Shown here in pieces: positions 1 to 10,885 of a stretch of 64,000 bases of DNA (position 1 is the stretch's first letter; each line of letters opens with the position of its first letter). A model generated the notes under the pieces. It was not told the origin of the DNA and ran no database searches. It saw nothing but the letters and a program-made list of their open reading frames with translations. Source of the stretch: Oopsacas minuta (Eukaryota; Animalia; Porifera); the NCBI GenBank assembly GCA_024704765.1, contig JAKMXF010000111.1, forward strand, positions 512,619-576,618, read 5' to 3'. Both the position numbers and the translations under genes were made by a program.

Positions 1-250
1 GTCCCGATTCATATATTATTAATAGTAACACCTTGTCATATGTTATTTATTGTCCCGATCCATATATTGTTATGTGTTACTTATTGTCCCGATCCATATA
101 TTGTTATGTGTTATTTATTGTCCCGATCCATATATTATTAATAGTAACACCTTGTCATATGTTACTTATTGTCCCGATCCATATATTGTTATGTGTTACT
201 TATTGTCCCGATCCATATATTGTTATGTGTTACTTATTGTCCCGCTACAA
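1..250. repeat. 34-bp minisatellite A (TTATTGTCCCGATCCATATATTGTTATGTGTTAC) with 51-bp variant units; truncated at window start
   Basis: Unit read directly several times between 1 and 245; the ORFs 33..428 and 50..253 are translations of the repeat. Confidence 0.9.
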
Positions 251-543
251 TAATATTATTAATTCTAACACCTTGTCATATGGTATTATTCATAAATATT
301 TACTTCATTATTGTTTACTAAATATTAATTTACCATCCAATACTCATATTAATACATTCCAAATGTGTAATAGCGCTGTTATTCATTTGGTATTTATCAA
401 TATGGATTGTTTGTTAATTAATATTTAATTATAACAATTTTGTAGTAAAATTTTATTGAATTTATTTTGGTATTATTAGTCCGCTTATAATTATAATCAA
501 ATAATATTAACTGTTTATCTGTTTGTATGTCTCTTTTTGGTGT

Positions 544-765
544 TCTTTTGGTCTGATATTGATGTTTGTTATTTACTCTTTTGGTCCTGATATTGATGTT
601 TGTTATTTACTCTTTTGGTCTTGATATTGATGTTTGTTATTTACTCTTTTGGTCCTGATATTGATGTTTGTTATTTACTCTTTTGGTCTTGATATTGATG
701 TTTGTTATATACTCTTTTGGTCCTGATATTGATGTTTGTTATTTACTCTTTTGGTCTTGATATTG
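544..765. repeat. 34-bp minisatellite B (TCTTTTGGTCYTGATATTGATGTTTGTTATTTAC), about 6.5 copies
   Basis: Near-identical tandem units read directly. Confidence 0.92.
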
Positions 766-1107
766 AAGCTTGCTCTTCCTTGGTTACGATGTTACTCCTT
801 TGGTATTCTTATTGATGGGGGCATCGCGCAAAGGTCATCCACAGGTGTATTGGTGTATATATTTTGAGATTCCTTATATCTAGCTTAGCTGATTACTTAT
901 TTCTTGTCAAATAGAGAGATACATTTCTAGAATATTCCAACTTTAAATAAATAGGAGAGATTAATAACTAGGCAGTACTTCGTATCTTCTTTGTCATTCA
1001 ACTACGAGCAGCCTACTACTTCGGAGATACCATTTGCATACGTTGAAATGGAAACGGCCAATAAACCATTCATTAGCGCCTGTGAATTTGATGCCCAGGA
1101 GATGATT

Positions 1108-1245
1108 CGTGTTGTGTCGAGTTGTGTCGCGGTGTTGTGTCGAGTTGTGTCGCGGCGGTGTGTTGAGTTGTGTCGTGGTGGTGCGTCGAGTTGTATCGCG
1201 GTGTTGTGTCGAGTTGTATCGCGGTGTTGTGTCGAGTTGTGTTGC
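1108..1245. repeat. GT-rich short tandem repeat (GTTGTGTCG / GTTGTGTCGCGGT variants)
   Basis: Direct reading; abuts the next repeat block. Confidence 0.85.
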
Positions 1246-1249
1246 AGAA

Positions 1250-1898
1250 ACGAAAATCGAATACGAATCGACTACGAAATACGAATCGACTACGAATACG
1301 GAATCGAATACGAAATACGAATCGAATACGAAATACGAATCGACTACGAATACGAAATACGAATCGACTACGAATACGAATCGACTACGAATACGGAATC
1401 GAATACGAAATACGAATCGACTACGAATACGGAATCGAATACGAAATACGAATCGACTACGAATACGAAATACGAATCGAATGCGAATCGACTACGAATA
1501 CGAATCGAATACGAAATACGAATCGACTACGAAATACGAATCGACTACGAAATACGAATCGACTACGAAATACGAATCGAATGCGAATACGAATCGACTA
1601 CGAATACGAAATACGAATCGAATGCGAATCGACTACGAATACGAATCGAATACGAAATACGAATCGACTGCGAATACGAATCGAATACGAAATACGAATC
1701 GAATGCGAATACGAATCGACTACGAATACGAATCGACTACGAATACGAAATACGAATCGAATGCGAATCGACTACGAATACGAATCGAATACGAAATACG
1801 AATCGACTACGAATACGAATCGAATACGAAATACGAATCGAATACGAAATACGAATCGAATGCGAATACGAATCGAATGCGAATACGAATCGACTACG
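1250..1898. repeat. CpG-rich complex tandem repeat built from GAATAC, GAATC, GACTAC, GAAATAC and GAATGC modules
   Basis: Direct reading; it lacks stops on the + strand, which produces the three overlapping spurious ORFs (991..1917, 1109..1960, 1170..2087). Confidence 0.9.
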
Positions 1899-2876
1899 TC
1901 AAACGAAACGCACGTAACACTAGTTGGTATTCATCATCCATGGTCTGTACCCTCTCTTAGCCTGATCAACTATTTGAGGATTATGGAACTTGGGTGGCGG
2001 ATACTAACTAGTAACACCTTCAGTTATAGGTGGATAAGTTCGATGGGTCTTTCAGTTTATAAATGGGGGGTGGATCTGTTTGGGTAAGCCATGTATATAC
2101 AATTAACGAAGCGAGAGCCTAGGTAACTGTAATGGTGACAAGGGCAACGTATAGGTACAACAGCTAGGAAGGTGCATCCCAATTATGGGATGCATGCTCC
2201 CCTTGTCACTCTCCAATCGTATAGGCTCGCGGTTGGGGAAAGGTACGGAGTGTGTCCCAAGTGCACTCACAGCGAAATCGCTGCATCCCCTGAGGGACCA
2301 ACCGCCTAATCTAATTTACAATTCAATTTACCTCGTATCTTCGTTCTTAAATATAACTGAACTATATAACCTGATTTCTCCCCTGCATATAGTGTCTCTA
2401 TACCACCTAACACCTCTCCATTCGACGTCACAAGCCCTCTCCCCCTCCACTCACAAACAGAAGCAAGTACAATTCTCTCTCTCCCTCTCAAATACGCCTC
2501 TCCTCCAGTTGTTCAATAAGCAAGCACAGATATTTATAGATTCTAAATTTATAACTGAATGTATTCGATTATAACAATATTATGAATTATTAAATATTAT
2601 AAAGCAAAGTATCATAAATTATACACACTTAAGGGATAATTATAATTATATGGTGAACCATGGGGAAGAAGAACACCCTGGAGGACAGGGCAGTATTGGA
2701 TACTATACCCAGAATCCAGATAAATGCAATGTTGGCTTACAAATAGTGTATTCCCACTGTGGTGCCGACCTCAAAATTCAGTAATAAACTATAGCTATGA
2801 TATTTTGATGTTTACAATATACTATGGATCAAATGTACATAAATTGGTACTCACAAATATGTATACACATTTACAA

Positions 2877-4859
2877 TTAGTTCCAATTTAATATTGGAGT
2901 GTTACTTGTATTTATTGACAGAGTAACTGCACTAAGCATATCCCTCACCTCAGAAAATGTTGGTCTGTCATCCTGGTCATATTTCCAAGTCTTTAACATA
3001 ACTCGACTGATCTCCTCTGGGCACCCATGGGGAGGGGAGAGGGTCTTCATCAAGGAAAGATTTTCTATTATTTCATTATTGGTCGCTTCTCCCCAAGGCT
3101 TATCTCCCAGCGTCCATATCTCGAATAAAGTCATTCCGAACGACCAAACATCTGTCTTTTCGCTGAATCTTTTGTAGAAAACAGCCTCTGGTGCTGTCCA
3201 ACGTAGTGGGACGATTCCTCCTGACGAGGTGTAATAATTTTTCTCTGAGACAACCTCTCTAGACATTCCAAAGTCTGCCACACGAATAGTCAAGTCCTTA
3301 GCAACCAACACATTCCTCGCTGCCAAATCTCTATGAACAAACTTTATCTTAGCTAAGTATTCCATCCCAGCAGCGATCTCTTGGGTGAATTTAAACAATA
3401 GCTGATGTATGTCTCCGTTATCAGGGACATCCCTGAACTTAATTAGAAGCTCTCTTAGCTCGGTTTTAAGCAATTCTGTAACTATCATACAAGTATTTTG
3501 TGTTGTGATTACACCAATTAACCGTAAGACATTAGGATGGCTGAATTGTGCCATGGTAGCAGCTTCCTTCATGAAGGTAATTTTCGTATCCTTGTTTGCA
3601 GATTCTTTCAAGGTTTTCACAGCGACGGGGATATCTCCTTTTCCTATTTTGTAGATCGCTCTGTACACTAGGCCGAACTCTCCAGACGCGATCATACCTC
3701 CCATAACCAAATCATTTTCATTTATTTCATACAAACAGCATTGAGTTAATAATTCAGGTATTGAGTTAGATGGCTCTATGAATTGTAATGCTAGTTCCTT
3801 ACTGTTGTATAGCGGATTTTCTTCCATCAAATCTCTCTGCTGATTTTTCATACAGGGCAATTTTTCGTACAGTTTTGTATCAACGAATTCTCCTTCAACA
3901 AAGCCCGCATAAAGACAATTTACTACCAACCCATATGGACCACTTGTTGGTGTGTATGGCTCCTCGGATGGTGACAGGGGGCTTAGGTAGGTGTTGATTG
4001 CGCCAGAACCTTGTGAGTATTTTGAGTGAGTGCATATCCTATCTTCCAGATTATTATTCTCCAGTATATTTGTATACAATATAGAATTTTCTGTAACCAT
4101 GTTGGGATTTGTGGAATTTCGGTTTCTGAGTTCTATTCCTGCTTTGTTGATTGGTTTTCTTCCAAATGTAAGAAAACAAATCACAGAAATAGCTACTATT
4201 ATTCCCACTATTAATGCCACAAGTAAGAATAAGAAAATTGGTGTCAAGACACCGTATAGGATAATTACATTAAAAGCTTCCTTTCCAGTTCCAGTTCCGG
4301 TTCCGGTTCCAGTTACATATCCAGTTACATTTACATTTACAGTTCCATTTACATATCCAGTTACATTTACATTTACAGTTCCATTTACAGTTCCAGTTAC
4401 ATTTGTTGTAACAGAACAATTCTGTCCTCCCTCGAGCTCAAATGATCCACAATTCACAGACCTATCCGAAATATTTGTATATTTCCGACATTCTCTTATG
4501 GCAGCAATAAGCAGTATTGTCCTATTGTAGTCTGTACATGTATAAATATCTACTACACCTGTCGATGAGATATCACATATATTTTGACCGTTTTCATCCA
4601 AACCACCTAATGAGTTGTCACCAGGACATACGGGTATTCCATATATACCAGCTATAAATGTCATAGTATCTTCCTCGTGTCCACACCTAATAATAAAGTT
4701 GCTTCTAACTCTGCAATATATATACATAGTGTTAGAACATCTGTCACAATCGGGATATTCTTCAATATCATCATCATCATCATCATCATCAGCTGTATCG
4801 TCACATGAAGCATAAAGAGCTCCGAATAATAAAACATGAAATACGAATAATATCTTCAT
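2877..4859 (-). CDS. Intronless receptor tyrosine kinase with short Cys-rich/poly-Asp ectodomain, single TM helix and Eph-like kinase domain
   Basis: Signal peptide MKILFVFHVLLFGALYASC; TM VIILYGVL...VISVICFLTF; ENPLY motif; kinase motifs IASGEFG, VAVKTLK, HRDLAARN, DFG, PLRWTAPE, KTDVWSFG. Confidence 0.93.
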   Translation of the reverse strand: MKILFVFHVLLFGALYASCDDTADDDDDDDDIEEYPDCDRCSNTMYIYCRVRSNFIIRCGHEEDTMTFIAGIYGIPVCPGDNSLGGLDENGQNICDISSTGVVDIYTCTDYNRTILLIAAIRECRKYTNISDRSVNCGSFELEGGQNCSVTTNVTGTVNGTVNVNVTGYVNGTVNVNVTGYVTGTGTGTGTGKEAFNVIILYGVLTPIFLFLLVALIVGIIVAISVICFLTFGRKPINKAGIELRNRNSTNPNMVTENSILYTNILENNNLEDRICTHSKYSQGSGAINTYLSPLSPSEEPYTPTSGPYGLVVNCLYAGFVEGEFVDTKLYEKLPCMKNQQRDLMEENPLYNSKELALQFIEPSNSIPELLTQCCLYEINENDLVMGGMIASGEFGLVYRAIYKIGKGDIPVAVKTLKESANKDTKITFMKEAATMAQFSHPNVLRLIGVITTQNTCMIVTELLKTELRELLIKFRDVPDNGDIHQLLFKFTQEIAAGMEYLAKIKFVHRDLAARNVLVAKDLTIRVADFGMSREVVSEKNYYTSSGGIVPLRWTAPEAVFYKRFSEKTDVWSFGMTLFEIWTLGDKPWGEATNNEIIENLSLMKTLSPPHGCPEEISRVMLKTWKYDQDDRPTFSEVRDMLSAVTLSINTSNTPILNWN

Positions 4860-5204
4860 TTTGTCTTTCTAATTCATTCATTTTAGTTTATATACAGAGC
4901 TAATCATGTCTATATCAGTTGTAATTTATCTTATCTGTAACTCCATTCCGTTAGTGATATTGTGATCACACACGTAGACACAATGTCATTTACTTGCATC
5001 ATCGTTTGCTGTCCTCATTATATAGTGTCCAGACATGATACTTCCATACAGATCATGTCTAGCTGTAGGGTGTGATTACATTTATACGTATTATGGGTGT
5101 ACATATCTCAAAAGGTGTTCATCCATTTGATATGATCAAATACAACCTGTCATTATTCCCATTATGTATTCCTTCTTAATAAAATTCACTCAATTAGTGT
5201 GTGC

Positions 5205-8200
5205 ATGCCAGTGTGGAAGTTGAGTTGTTCAGGGAATTATATAGATCTAAACAAACCTCAGGTGTTTGTTGGTAGAGATGATGACTGTGATATCACATTC
5301 AAGGTACCCTAAGAGTAGACCCCAGCTGTACCCATTAGGGGATCATTGGGTCAATTGTGACCGTTTCCTTGAGTTCTATTTATAAATTACTGTATTTTGT
5401 AGCAGAAGGGTATAGACATAAGACATAGTGTATTGAATTATGATCAGAGATTAGGAGTATTTAGACTCACAGACTTAGGAAGTTCACATGGGGTAAATTC
5501 TATTTATTTGTTTGTTTGTGTTCCTTGCTTGCTATACCATAGCCATGGTTATACGTGTATTTACGTTTGCTATCTGGTTTGTTTGTTTGTTTGTTTGTTT
5601 GTTTTATTACCATATGTCTATTTATAGACATACGTGAACGGAGAGAGTGTATGTGAGGAATCAGTACCTCTATACTTAGGCACCAGAATAATGTTTGGAA
5701 GAAGTAAGCATTAATGTAATAATTACGGTAGAGTCTGCCTATTAGCAAATCGTATTTTGCACCCCACGGATTCCCTTGTTAATAAGTGAACACGACTGTA
5801 TAGTGTATATCTAATATGACTCCACGGTTCTTGTTTTAGATCCAATGGTATGGTGTGTAGAAGTAGGAGAACCTAGTAACCAGACAGAACAAATGGTATT
5901 TAATAACTTTAATGGTGTAATACTGTGTAAACTAACAGCTGTATATTTAGGTATCACACATTCCATCTCAACCTCACGGTTACCAACCAATAACTCATCC
6001 AATCCATAATAATATTTACTCACATACTGATCTCCCATACACGTCTCCAAGGGCTAACCTCATGTCCCATTCCTTCCAAACCCCTCTCCCTGGGGACATG
6101 AGCTCCCCTCTATATCGGTCAGACACTAGTGGGGGTAAGAGCTACTTCGGTGACACCTCTGGCACACAGGAGATCTGCCCTTACCCAAGGAATGATTCAT
6201 TTGCTCCAGGGAATAGAGGACTGAATTCTATTGGCTACTCAGATTCTAGTTTCTGTGATAGAATAGCTTCTGATAGGTTAGTTTTGTTTGTTTGTTTGTT
6301 TGCTTGTTTGTTTGTTTGCTTGTTTGTTTGTTTGTTTGTTTGCTTGTTTGTTTGTTTACTTGTTTGTTTGTTTGTTTGTTTGTTTGTTTGTTTGTTTGTT
6401 TGTTTGTTTGTTTGTTTGTTTGTTTGTTTGTTTGTTTGTTTGTTTGTTTGTTTGTTTGTTTACTTGTTTACTGTTCTAGAGAAGCTCCAACCCCTGACCC
6501 TAAACAAAGTATCACAGGTATATATTATAAAATTTTAATTTGGTGAATACTTTGTAATAATTTTAATTATCACAGAGGGGAGCAATTCAGATATTTCTAC
6601 ACGCGCTAAGACCCTGTACGGACAGCCGAGCTGGTGGGGAGACGGGTCAGACGCTTTCTCCACCCCTCCATCACACAGGAAGGAGGACAAACAAGAGATA
6701 CACCCCAATAAATCAACAGATCCCCTTCCTCCCTTTAACAACTCATCTAGCACTTCTCATAACTATCTTAATACACATTATACAGATGATACAAGCCTAT
6801 TTATACAATCTAGACCTAGTACAGCTGTTCCTATAGCTAATCAGATGTAAGTTAATACACAGCAGATATTATTAACCTCCTTGGCACTATTGTATTATAG
6901 TGATGAAGAGTTTAGCAAGAGACCTCCACTAGTTAGAAGAGGGTCTTATGAAATACCAACTGATGAGCTAGATAGTTCCCTGACTAGACCTGTTATTGAA
7001 CCAGACCCTCCTTTCTGTAGCCCTTATTCTGGGGGCAGGAAGTCGGAGGTGTTTGTTGTTCATTTTGGAGAGGAGAAAAGTGACAGTAAGAAACCTCATG
7101 AACCCAGAGCCTTCAGGAACCCTAAACAAACAAGTAATATATACAATTGTTTGTTCGTTTGTTTGTTTGTCTCAATGTTATGATCGTATATTTATAGATA
7201 AACATAAGCCAAGAGTGAAACTAGCATTCAAAGAAACAGAACCTATCGAGTACGTTATTACATAACTGAACCATGGATACTTGTTTATTTGTTTGTTTAG
7301 AACTGCTACAGATTTATCCCCAGACCCTGAACTCAAATTATTTACCCCCAGTTCTGAACTCACCCCCCAGAGGCCCGAGGGGTCGATCCTCTCAGAGAGG
7401 GGGCCTGATATAGGAGAACCTGTCACTTCATCTACTCCTATATCAATGATCTCTAGTGACGATATAACTAGCTTGTCACTTAACCGACTTAAATTAGAAG
7501 AGAACAATGATTATATTATCTCCCATGAGACTCATGATCCCATTCGTAAAGGGGAGACACCTCTGGAGGTGAGGAGATTATTATTTTCGCGTGAATATAT
7601 ATATCCTAATTATTCAATATTTGACAGTCAACAGAGTCTGTTATTAGCCAATCAATGATTGAGGTTTCTAAGAATATAGAAAATAGTTTGAAACAAGCTT
7701 ACAACAAAACAAGGTACAAATATTACATATTTTATTGTTATTGTTTGTTGTTATTTACTTGTAAATTAGGTTACTATGTGAATTATTAAATAAACAATTC
7801 GGAGATCATATTGTCCCACTTTCACACCACAATTTTCCCAAAGAATTTGAATCTCCACTTCAACAAGAACGCAAGGTAATTACCCCATAGTACAATAGCA
7901 ATTTATAAATACCCTTATTATTGGCCATAAAAATAACATACTGTATTAACTGAATGTTTGTTTATACATAAAATGTCGCTAATAATAGATTGTGGCGCTC
8001 ACACGATCAAAGCAGGTCTCTCCTCCCATACATCACCATTGATTATTCCTAACTATATAGCACGTACTAAATTGGATAGGAATAAGTCTTATGTCGGATC
8101 AGAAGTATTATCCCGTACCGATATGGGAGGGCTACTCATGCTGCTAGCATTCCAGAAAGGCTATCTGGTAAACTGGGACGTTGAGAGACAGGTTTTGGAC

Positions 8201-10650
8201 CATTTATTGGGACCATCTCATCTGGGTATAAACCCCCAGGAGACCGATTTAGTCCTCTCAGAGCCCCCTTTCAATTTCTCCTCAATCAGAGACACCCTGG
8301 ATGAGATATTATTCGAGGAGTACGGATTCAGGAATGTGACACGTGCCACTTCCGCTAACCTTAGTGCATTCCATTTCCACACAGAACATCCTGAATCCCC
8401 CTCGTGTATGGTTATTGATTCAGGATTCTCATTCACCCATATTCTTCCGTTTTGTGGTTTAATTCCTGTAACAAATGGGTTTATAAGAATTGACGTAGGA
8501 GGCAAGTTCCTGACCAATCAGCTTAAAGATTTGATATCGTATAGACAGATTAATGTGTCAGATGAGACATATGTTATAAATCAAGTTAAGGAGGACACTT
8601 GTTTTGTGTCGGGGGACTTATACAAGGAGATGAAGGTGTGTAGAGATGAAATGACCGCATTTCGTGACACGAACCGTTTTCCAAATTCCGGTATATTTAT
8701 TCGGTATATTCTACCGGATTTCGCTGGCACCAATCGTGGGTATATTCATGACCCCCTTTCAAAGGAAGCCTGCCCCCCAGACAGGACCCTGAGCTTAGGG
8801 AACGAGCGGTTCTCTGTCCCGGAGCTGCTCTTCAATCCGTCCGACATCGGATTAGATCAGATGGGTCTCAGTGAGTCGGTACAACTCTCCCTCAAGAGGA
8901 CACCCCCCTTAATGTGTGAGAGTCTTACTAAGAATATTATTCTAACAGGGGGTAATACTCTATTCCCAGGGTTCAAAGACAGACTGAACGCCGAGCTACG
9001 AGCTAGTCTCCTATCCATACATGACCTAAATGTTACTCTCCCTATTGGTCCCATATCATACTCGTGGGAGGGGGGAAAGAGGCTAGCGAATACCGAATTG
9101 TCCTCTCGGCCTATTCCTCTAACCCCTCTTACATTCCAATCTTACATGGAGATGGGACATAACGCTTGGAATGCTAAATCATTTCCTCTATTTTCTTAAT
9201 TGTATTCTTCTAGGATTTATTGGAGACTTTGAAACACATAGAAAGACAAGCTTATCGTATGTTTTATGTAACAGGATCTCAAATATTGTATTGATTTATG
9301 GAAGGGGTCCACACAATGTGTATAAATTGGTATAAGGTGTCCACGGGTTGGGAACCACTGCCAGATATGATCCTTCCTCTCATCAGCTGTTTACCAGCTG
9401 TCTACACACATATTATTTAATTTGTACCCATTCAATACAAACTAGCTACTCAAGATTAATGCTGTCATATCACTGAATAGAACTATTGAATATTTAAGAA
9501 TGAAAAGCGAAAAGGAAATCAGTGAGGACCTGATTAAGAATCTTCCATTTAAACAGAGTGATATCTTAAGGAAAGAATATTCCAGTTTAATGAATAAATC
9601 AAAAGATATTTCTATTCCTCATTACGAGATAAACCTAATCTGTCCTATTTCACAGTCCCGTATGGCACAACCAGTGCGTGGAATCCATTGCAAACATCTA
9701 CAATGTATTGAAGCTTATTACTTCATAAAAACAGGCTGCGTTATTATCGGGAATGACGTCATTATTAAAGTGCAATGTCCACTCTGTAACACTTCATATG
9801 ATAACCTGACGGACATATTCATAGACGGATTACAGCAGGAAATTATATTCATACACCCAACGGTTAATTCTGTCATATTCCGTGCCGATGGTTCGTACTT
9901 TCTCCCAGGGAATTCTATTGATAATTCCGACACAGAGGACTATATAGATCTAACTCGCACACCGGAGGAACCTATTTTAATAGACTTGACGTGATTATTA
10001 ATAATAAAATAATAATGCTTACTACTTGTATATTATTAATTATTATTATGGAATGTGTGAATTTATGATCAAATTGTTTTCAGGAATGCTTTTTAATAAT
10101 TAATCATATTCGCTGCCTTTCAATGATATTAATTGTGTATTGCTGACCCTCTATTGCATTTGTTCTCAACCTTTTTTCTTCCGCGGACCTCTTTGGTCCA
10201 TTTTATGGGGTCCGCGGCCCCCTGCCAATAAACATAACGAAAAAATTTTAGGGCTGCGCACCCCCTATGGGGCGCGGAACCCAGGTTGAGAACCACTGCT
10301 CTATTGTACTATTCCCATTTTTACATGTTCATATATTTAGAAATCTCCAATTGTGTGGACTCAGTAGACTTAAGAGAACTCCAGGAGGTGGTAATTTGAT
10401 AATTTATTTGTTTGTTTATTCGATTAATTTTCTATTATTGTTTACAGTTACTTTATAAACAACATGCTATAAGTTTTAACACAATAGAAGAACCAACACA
10501 TGAGGAAGGTATTCAGATGTTAAATTCTATTTAATAGCCACATTCCATTGATCCAAACTGTATCTAGGGGTAATAAGGAGAGGTTCATTTGACTCAGGAA
10601 TACTCTCTCAAACAGATACACAAGCAATGACAACTCGATCAACTTCTTAA
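5205..10650 (+). CDS. CEP170: CEP170-like centrosomal FHA-domain protein, multi-exon
   Basis: Phase-consistent GT-AG exons: 5205-5303 (MPVWKL...VFVGRDDDCDITFK), 5403-5492 (RHSVLNYD...LTDLGSSHG), 5628-5703 (TYVNG...IMFGR) form an FHA domain; then 5840-5895, 5951-6277, 6480-6517, 6576-6846 (TLYGQPSWWGD, CEP170 signature), 6901-7133, 7198-7249, 7301-7568, 7628-7713, 7770-7875, 9214-9256 (DLLETLKHIERQAY), 10341-10387, 10448-10508, 10568-10650 (stop). Confidence 0.8.
6283..6461. repeat. (GTTT)n microsatellite in a CEP170-like intron
   Basis: Direct reading; explains the FVCL-repeat spurious ORFs. Confidence 0.95.
7973..9199 (+). CDS. ACTR6: Actin-related protein 6 (SWR1/SRCAP subunit), intronless, nested in CEP170-like intron 7876-9213
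   Basis: LIIDCGAHTIKAG, FQKGYLVNWDVERQV, SEPPFNF, IDVGGKFLTNQLK, LGNERFSVPELLFNPSDIG, SWEGG; first ATG at 7973. Confidence 0.93.
   Translation: MSLIIDCGAHTIKAGLSSHTSPLIIPNYIARTKLDRNKSYVGSEVLSRTDMGGLLMLLAFQKGYLVNWDVERQVLDHLLGPSHLGINPQETDLVLSEPPFNFSSIRDTLDEILFEEYGFRNVTRATSANLSAFHFHTEHPESPSCMVIDSGFSFTHILPFCGLIPVTNGFIRIDVGGKFLTNQLKDLISYRQINVSDETYVINQVKEDTCFVSGDLYKEMKVCRDEMTAFRDTNRFPNSGIFIRYILPDFAGTNRGYIHDPLSKEACPPDRTLSLGNERFSVPELLFNPSDIGLDQMGLSESVQLSLKRTPPLMCESLTKNIILTGGNTLFPGFKDRLNAELRASLLSIHDLNVTLPIGPISYSWEGGKRLANTELSSRPIPLTPLTFQSYMEMGHNAWNAKSFPLFS
9500..9994 (+). CDS. Small stand-alone SP-RING (MIZ) zinc-finger protein with C-terminal SUMO-interacting motifs, nested in CEP170-like intron 9257-10340
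   Basis: INLICPISQSRMAQPVRGIHCKHLQCIE...QCPLCN matches the SP-RING pattern; acidic SIM-like EDYIDLT and EPILIDLT at the end; AATAAA at 10003. Confidence 0.8.
   Translation: MKSEKEISEDLIKNLPFKQSDILRKEYSSLMNKSKDISIPHYEINLICPISQSRMAQPVRGIHCKHLQCIEAYYFIKTGCVIIGNDVIIKVQCPLCNTSYDNLTDIFIDGLQQEIIFIHPTVNSVIFRADGSYFLPGNSIDNSDTEDYIDLTRTPEEPILIDLT
10157..10298. mobile_element. hAT-type MITE (TIR about CAGTGGTTCTCAACC) with perfect 8-bp TSD CTCTATTG
   Basis: Left end CATTTGTTCTCAACC, right end GGTTGAGAACCACTG; CTCTATTG at 10149-10156 and 10299-10306. Related ends at about 9340-9360, 12420-12442, 38245-38335, 47265-47365 and 62545-62592. Confidence 0.85.
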
Positions 10651-10885
10651 CACAAAATTCCTACCACGAACACATACACATTTATATGTATTTCCATTTT
10701 TAGTATATGTAAGATCTCAATACATGCTTACAGGGAGCCTCCAAACTTTACGAAGCGAAAATTCGTGTCAATTAGCTCCCTTTCCTTACTAGTGTACATA
10801 CAATTATAACTGAGAGATAAGTAGTAATCTCCCTATTCCTCCCAATTAATATTTTCCAATTATAATTATACTAATAGAGTAGCTA

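Noticed and set aside
1-765. CRISPR-like regular repeats
   Set aside because: Units are directly tandem with no unique spacers, the context is eukaryotic, and there are no cas genes
991-2087. Three overlapping ORFs of about 300 aa
   Set aside because: They are translations of a stop-free tandem repeat in all three frames, with no domain signature
5031-5060. 9-bp inverted repeat (AGACATGAT...ATCATGTCT) in the divergent RTK/CEP170 spacer
   Set aside because: Too short to distinguish from chance and no second copy was seen
6062-6546. ORFs with long FVCL repeats resembling membrane proteins
   Set aside because: Read-through into an intronic (GTTT)n microsatellite; only the flanking exon parts are coding
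9300-10298. hAT ends flanking the SP-RING gene as a possible Pack-hAT capture
   Set aside because: The ends face the wrong way: a right end precedes the gene and a self-contained element with its own TSD follows it
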